Shown here: piece after piece, positions 60,543 through 64,000 of the stretch
Layout: every line of letters starts with the position of its first letter
How positions within the stretch are numbered: the stretch's first letter is position 1
DNA from: Thermoanaerobaculia bacterium
GTDB taxonomy: Bacteria; Acidobacteriota; Thermoanaerobaculia; UBA5066
Direction: 5' to 3'
Assembly: GCA_963816185.1 (NCBI GenBank)
Contig: CAWFJJ010000008.1
Coordinates: 256,001 to 320,000, forward strand
Length of the DNA stretch: 64,000 nucleotides
Position numbers and translations under genes: made by a program
The notes under the pieces: generated by a model
The model's database searches: none
Seen by the model: only the letters and a program-made list of their open reading frames with translations
What the model was told of the DNA's origin: nothing

Positions 60543-61406
60543 ATGGATTCACGAGCTCGTCATCTCTTCACCGGGTTCGCTCTCGCGGCGTCCGTCGCGA
60601 TCCTGACGCCGCGCGGCCTCGCCGCCGAAGGAACGGCCAAAGGCACGCTCACGGTCAACGGCAAGACGACGGACGTGAAGTACGCGTATGCCTCCGCCGG
60701 GCCGGGCTTCTTCGACAAGACGAAGGAAGACGTCACGGTGATCGTCAGCGACGTGCCGCTCGACGCGAAGGCGCTCGAGGATCAGTTCGAGCGGATGAAG
60801 ATGGCCGACGCGGGAAAGCTTCACGCGTTCGAGATCACGTTCGATGCCGATGCGAATCCCATCTCCACGTCCTTCCGGCACAACGGATTCACGAAGGCGA
60901 GCCCCAGCGGCATGTCCAGCGAAGACGTCTTCGAGAAGAAGACGTTCGACGGGAAGACGATCGAAGGGCGTTATAAGAGCGCGAAAACGCACGAGTTCTT
61001 CGGGAGCACGTACTCGTTCGACGTCGCGTTCAAGGCCGACATCACGCGCAAGGCGAAGCCCGTCCCGCCGACGGCGGCGGAAACGGCGGCCGCCCGGAAG
61101 AGCCCGCAGGCGAAGGTGTATGCGGATTTCCTCAGGGCTGTCCAGAAAGAGGACCTCGGTGCGATGCGCAAGCTCATGACGAAGGAGCAGGCGAAGAACC
61201 TCGACGGTCCGGACGCGAAGCAGATGGTGAAGATGGTCAAGATGATGTCCGCGACGGACATCAAGGTCCTGAAGGTCGACGAGAAGGGCGACACCGCCGA
61301 GCTGACGGTCAGCGGCAAGCAGGACGGCAACGAGCAGAACGGCGTCGTCCACATGGTGAAGGAAGGCGGCGCATGGAAGGTGCAGCGGGAGGAGTGGAAG
61401 AACTGA
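60543..61406 (+). CDS. Secreted hypothetical protein (C-terminal NTF2-like/DUF4878-like segment)
   Basis: Signal peptide; terminal MVKEGGAWKV. Confidence 0.7.
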   Translation: MDSRARHLFTGFALAASVAILTPRGLAAEGTAKGTLTVNGKTTDVKYAYASAGPGFFDKTKEDVTVIVSDVPLDAKALEDQFERMKMADAGKLHAFEITFDADANPISTSFRHNGFTKASPSGMSSEDVFEKKTFDGKTIEGRYKSAKTHEFFGSTYSFDVAFKADITRKAKPVPPTAAETAAARKSPQAKVYADFLRAVQKEDLGAMRKLMTKEQAKNLDGPDAKQMVKMVKMMSATDIKVLKVDEKGDTAELTVSGKQDGNEQNGVVHMVKEGGAWKVQREEWKN

Positions 61407-61482
61407 GGATGAACCGAAGAGCCGATGCATCGCTGAGGCTCGGAGATACCTGCCGCGCCCGAGGCGACAGGCGAGGGCGCGG

Positions 61483-62715
61483 CTGAACGTACCCGCCTTC
61501 CTCGCGAAGCGGTTCCTTTTCGGCAGCCGGCGCGGGCTGCCGAAGACCGTTTCGCTCCTCGCCCTCTTCGGCGTCGCGCTGGGAGCCGCGTCGCTCGTCG
61601 TCGCGATGGGGCTCATGTCGGGCTACCGGCACGATCTCGCCGAGAAGCTCGCCGGGACGAGCGCGGAAATCGTCGCGATGCCGGAGCCGGGGGCGAACGT
61701 CGAGGAACAGCGCATGCAGCTTCGCGCCCTGCCGAACGTGACGGCGGTCGCCCGCACGGCATTCGCGCCGGCCCTTCTCCTGTCCTCGCGGGCGCCCGAG
61801 GGCGTCGACGCGCTCGTGAAGGCTCTCGAGCTACCCGACGGCCTCGCGACGACGCGGCTCCTCGGCGCGGTTCCCGGCCTCGCGAAGTCCTTCGCGGATC
61901 TCGAAGCGAAGGGAAAGATCCCCGTTCTCCTCGGAGCGGGGCTCGCGAAGAGGCTCGGCGCACGCGCGGGCGGAGCGATCGTCCTCGAGACCGCGTCGGC
62001 CGCGCTCGCGGCCGGCCTCGCGGTCCCGGCGCGAACTCCGCTCGCGGTCGCCGCGATCGTCGAGACCGGGTTCTCGGAGGTGGACGACGGCTGGGCGGTG
62101 ATCCCGCTCTCGGTCTTCGAACGGCTCGCGCCCCCGGGCGCCCGCCAGGGCGTTTGGGAGATGAAGCTCGTTCACCCCTCAGCTTCGGGCGAGACGGTGA
62201 CCGCGGCACGAAAGCTGCTCGGAGAGAACGCGACCGTGCTCGACTGGAAGATCCTGAACCGCGACCTCTTCGAAGCGCTCGCGGTCCAGCAGACGTTGCT
62301 GTTCGTCGTCCTCACGCTCATCGTGGCCGTAGCGGCCGGAACCGTCGTCTCGTCGCTCGTCGTTCTTCTCGCGGAGAAGACGCGGGAAGTCGGGGTCCTG
62401 GCTGCGCTCGGCGCGCCGCCCGCGCTCGTGGCCCGCGCATTTCGCCTCTCGGGGATGCTCCTCGGCGGGGCGGGCCTCGCCCTGGGGGTTCTCTTCGGGC
62501 TTCTCGTCTGCTTCCTGCTCACGGTCTTCCGTGTCGTGCGCTTCCCGCCCGAAATCGCGAAGGTTTACTACCTCTCGTGGATGCCGTTCAAGCCCGAACC
62601 CCTCCATATTCTCGGGATCCTCGCGATCGGCTTCGTGCTGGTCCTCGGCGCCTCGGCGCTTCCCGCGCGCCGCGCCGCTCGGATGAATCCGGCCGACGCC
62701 CTGCGGTACGAGTGA
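61483..62715 (+). CDS. LolC/E (FtsX-like) ABC permease; probable CTG start
   Basis: LNVPAFLAKRFL...GVALG..SLVVAMGLMSG, EKTREVGVL.ALG, PARRAA...P..ALRYE; no in-frame ATG/GTG/TTG seen upstream of TM1. Confidence 0.8.
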   Translation: MNVPAFLAKRFLFGSRRGLPKTVSLLALFGVALGAASLVVAMGLMSGYRHDLAEKLAGTSAEIVAMPEPGANVEEQRMQLRALPNVTAVARTAFAPALLLSSRAPEGVDALVKALELPDGLATTRLLGAVPGLAKSFADLEAKGKIPVLLGAGLAKRLGARAGGAIVLETASAALAAGLAVPARTPLAVAAIVETGFSEVDDGWAVIPLSVFERLAPPGARQGVWEMKLVHPSASGETVTAARKLLGENATVLDWKILNRDLFEALAVQQTLLFVVLTLIVAVAAGTVVSSLVVLLAEKTREVGVLAALGAPPALVARAFRLSGMLLGGAGLALGVLFGLLVCFLLTVFRVVRFPPEIAKVYYLSWMPFKPEPLHILGILAIGFVLVLGASALPARRAARMNPADALRYE

Positions 62716-62737
62716 CCGGCGTGCGCCGCCCCAGATC

Positions 62738-62765
62738 TTGACAAGGATTTCGTCCTTGCTAGAGT
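62738..62765 (+). promoter_or_regulatory. Sigma70 promoter with overlapping palindromic operator for the TA operon
   Basis: TTGACA (62738)-16 bp-TAGAGT (62760); CAAGGA-TTTCG-TCCTTG inverted repeat at 62742-62758. Confidence 0.7.
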
Positions 62766-62771
62766 AAGGAT

Positions 62772-63062
62772 ATGTCGAAGGTCACGAGCAAGCTCCAGGT
62801 CACCGTTCCGAAAGTCATCGCGGAGCAGTATCGAATCCGGCCTGGCGACGAAATCAGCTGGAAGCCTGCCGGTGATGCCGTCCGCGTCGAAGTCGCCGGA
62901 CGGGAAGCGCGTCCGAAGCTCAGCATCGAACAACGACTCGTGCTGTTCGACGCCTCGACGGCCCGACAACAGAAGAGGAATCTGGTCTGGAAAGGTCGCC
63001 GGCCGCCTAAAGACCGCGGATGGAAACGCGAGGACCTCTATACCCGTGGCCTTCCTCGTTGA
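62772..63062 (+). CDS. AbrB/MazE-type antitoxin
   Basis: MSKVTSKLQVTVPK.I...Y.I.PGD; C-terminal REDLY. Confidence 0.88.
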   Translation: MSKVTSKLQVTVPKVIAEQYRIRPGDEISWKPAGDAVRVEVAGREARPKLSIEQRLVLFDASTARQQKRNLVWKGRRPPKDRGWKREDLYTRGLPR

Positions 63063-63477
63063 CACGAACGTCCTTGTCTATCGGTTCGACTCGCGCGAAC
63101 CCGGCAAGCGCGAAATCGCTACGAAGATTCTGCGAAAAGGGGTTGCCGAAGACCAGGTGCGTCTGTCGCATCAGGCTATCGTGGAGTTTGTCTCGGCGGT
63201 TACGCGTCCGATCCGATCCGGGGCCGCTCTCCTCTCACACGACGACGCGCGCCGTGAGGCGGAAGACCTTCTGAGCCAGTTCGTCGTCCTCTATCCGAAC
63301 GAGGGCCTCATCCGCACGGCCCTTCGTGGCATGGCTGCCTACCGGCTCTCGTGGTACGACGCCCACATGTGGGCCTATGCCGAGACGAACGGCCTCGAGC
63401 AGATCCTTTCGGAGGACTTTCAGCATGGGCGGCTCTACGGATCCGTCCTGGCCGTGAACCCGTTTCTCCGGGCGTAA
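63046..63477 (+). CDS. PIN-domain toxin
   Basis: LVDTNVLVY, Q..E, LSWYDA, SEDFQHG, VNPF. Confidence 0.9.
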   Translation: MAFLVDTNVLVYRFDSREPGKREIATKILRKGVAEDQVRLSHQAIVEFVSAVTRPIRSGAALLSHDDARREAEDLLSQFVVLYPNEGLIRTALRGMAAYRLSWYDAHMWAYAETNGLEQILSEDFQHGRLYGSVLAVNPFLRA

Positions 63478-63489
63478 GCTTCCGCCTCC

Positions 63490-64000
63490 ATGAAACCCAT
63501 CGCCGGACGGGTGGTCGTGGCCGCCGACCACGGCGGCTACGCCCTGAAAGAAGCGATCAAGCGGCACCTCGTGTCGCGAGGCGTGGACGTTCTCGACGTC
63601 GGGACGAGCTCGACCGAAGCAGTCGATTATCCCGTCTTCGCGCGCGCGGCCGCCGAGGCCGTCGCCTCGGGACAGGTCGGACGTGGCATCGTCGTCGACG
63701 GTGCCGGCATCGGCTCGGCCATGGTCGCGAACAAGGTCGCCGGCGTCCGCGCCGGCATGGCCTTCGACCTCGCCACCGCGAAGAACGCCCGGGAGCACAA
63801 CGACGCGAACGTCCTGACGCTCGGCGCCGGGTATCTCGCCGAAGACCTCGCGCTCCAGATCGTGGACGTCTTCCTGTCGACCGAGTGCACCGCGGAGCGC
63901 CACCGGCGGCGAGTCGCTATGATCGACGCGATCGACGCCAGCCGCCGAAACGCGCCGGAGGGTTCGCTCCATCCGGCGACTTCGAGGAGCTCTCCGCCCA
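63490..64000 (+). CDS. rpiB: RpiB/LacAB-family sugar-phosphate isomerase (open to window end)
   Basis: ADHGG..LK, VDYP, DGAGIGS...ANK, AREHNDANVL.LG, RHRRRV. Confidence 0.85.
   Translation, partial: MKPIAGRVVVAADHGGYALKEAIKRHLVSRGVDVLDVGTSSTEAVDYPVFARAAAEAVASGQVGRGIVVDGAGIGSAMVANKVAGVRAGMAFDLATAKNAREHNDANVLTLGAGYLAEDLALQIVDVFLSTECTAERHRRRVAMIDAIDASRRNAPEGSLHPATSRSSPP

Noticed and set aside
56449-63477. Two PIN-type toxin-antitoxin pairs as a defence island
   Set aside because: Isolated ordinary VapBC-like modules among housekeeping genes.

Overview
High-GC bacterial genomic window. The gene content and secreted-protein families suggest Acidobacteriota, possibly Thermoanaerobaculia; this is inference only. 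Housekeeping flanks (APC permease, parE/gyrB-type topoisomerase B, trmJ on the left; meaB-mce, two PIN toxin-antitoxin pairs, DAHP synthase, carA, lolC/E, rpiB on the right) enclose a ~49-kb anaerobic respiration and nitrogen-oxide region. That region holds: an NnrS-like gene and a radical SAM gene; a clade II nos cluster headed by a DsrL/GltD-like flavo-FeS protein, Rieske protein, cytochrome b and pentaheme cytochrome c (then nosZ-B-D-F-L-Y, no nosGH/nosR); an ECF sigma/DoxX/dihaem cytochrome block; a MarR-ClC-qNOR block followed by DUF2249 x2, a membrane protein, SufT and a Crp/Fnr regulator; hypFCDEAB with a Ni transporter; two convergent [NiFe] uptake hydrogenase operons (Hyb-type and Hya/1f-like); a globin; and a GAF-GAF sigma54 activator. 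The most unusual signal not explained by the genes is an AT-rich ~20-26 bp motif (GAAGATTTTCTTAGAAGG ... CCTTCTAAGAAATC) occurring as oriented inverted pairs inside three unrelated coding sequences, read in different frames and enclosing unrelated sequence. Also seen: a thrice-repeated ATGAC-N4-GTCAT box before N-oxide operons, a shared ATGATTCA-N2-TGAATCAT-like box before both hydrogenase operons, and about nine single-base frameshifts that are probably assembly errors.
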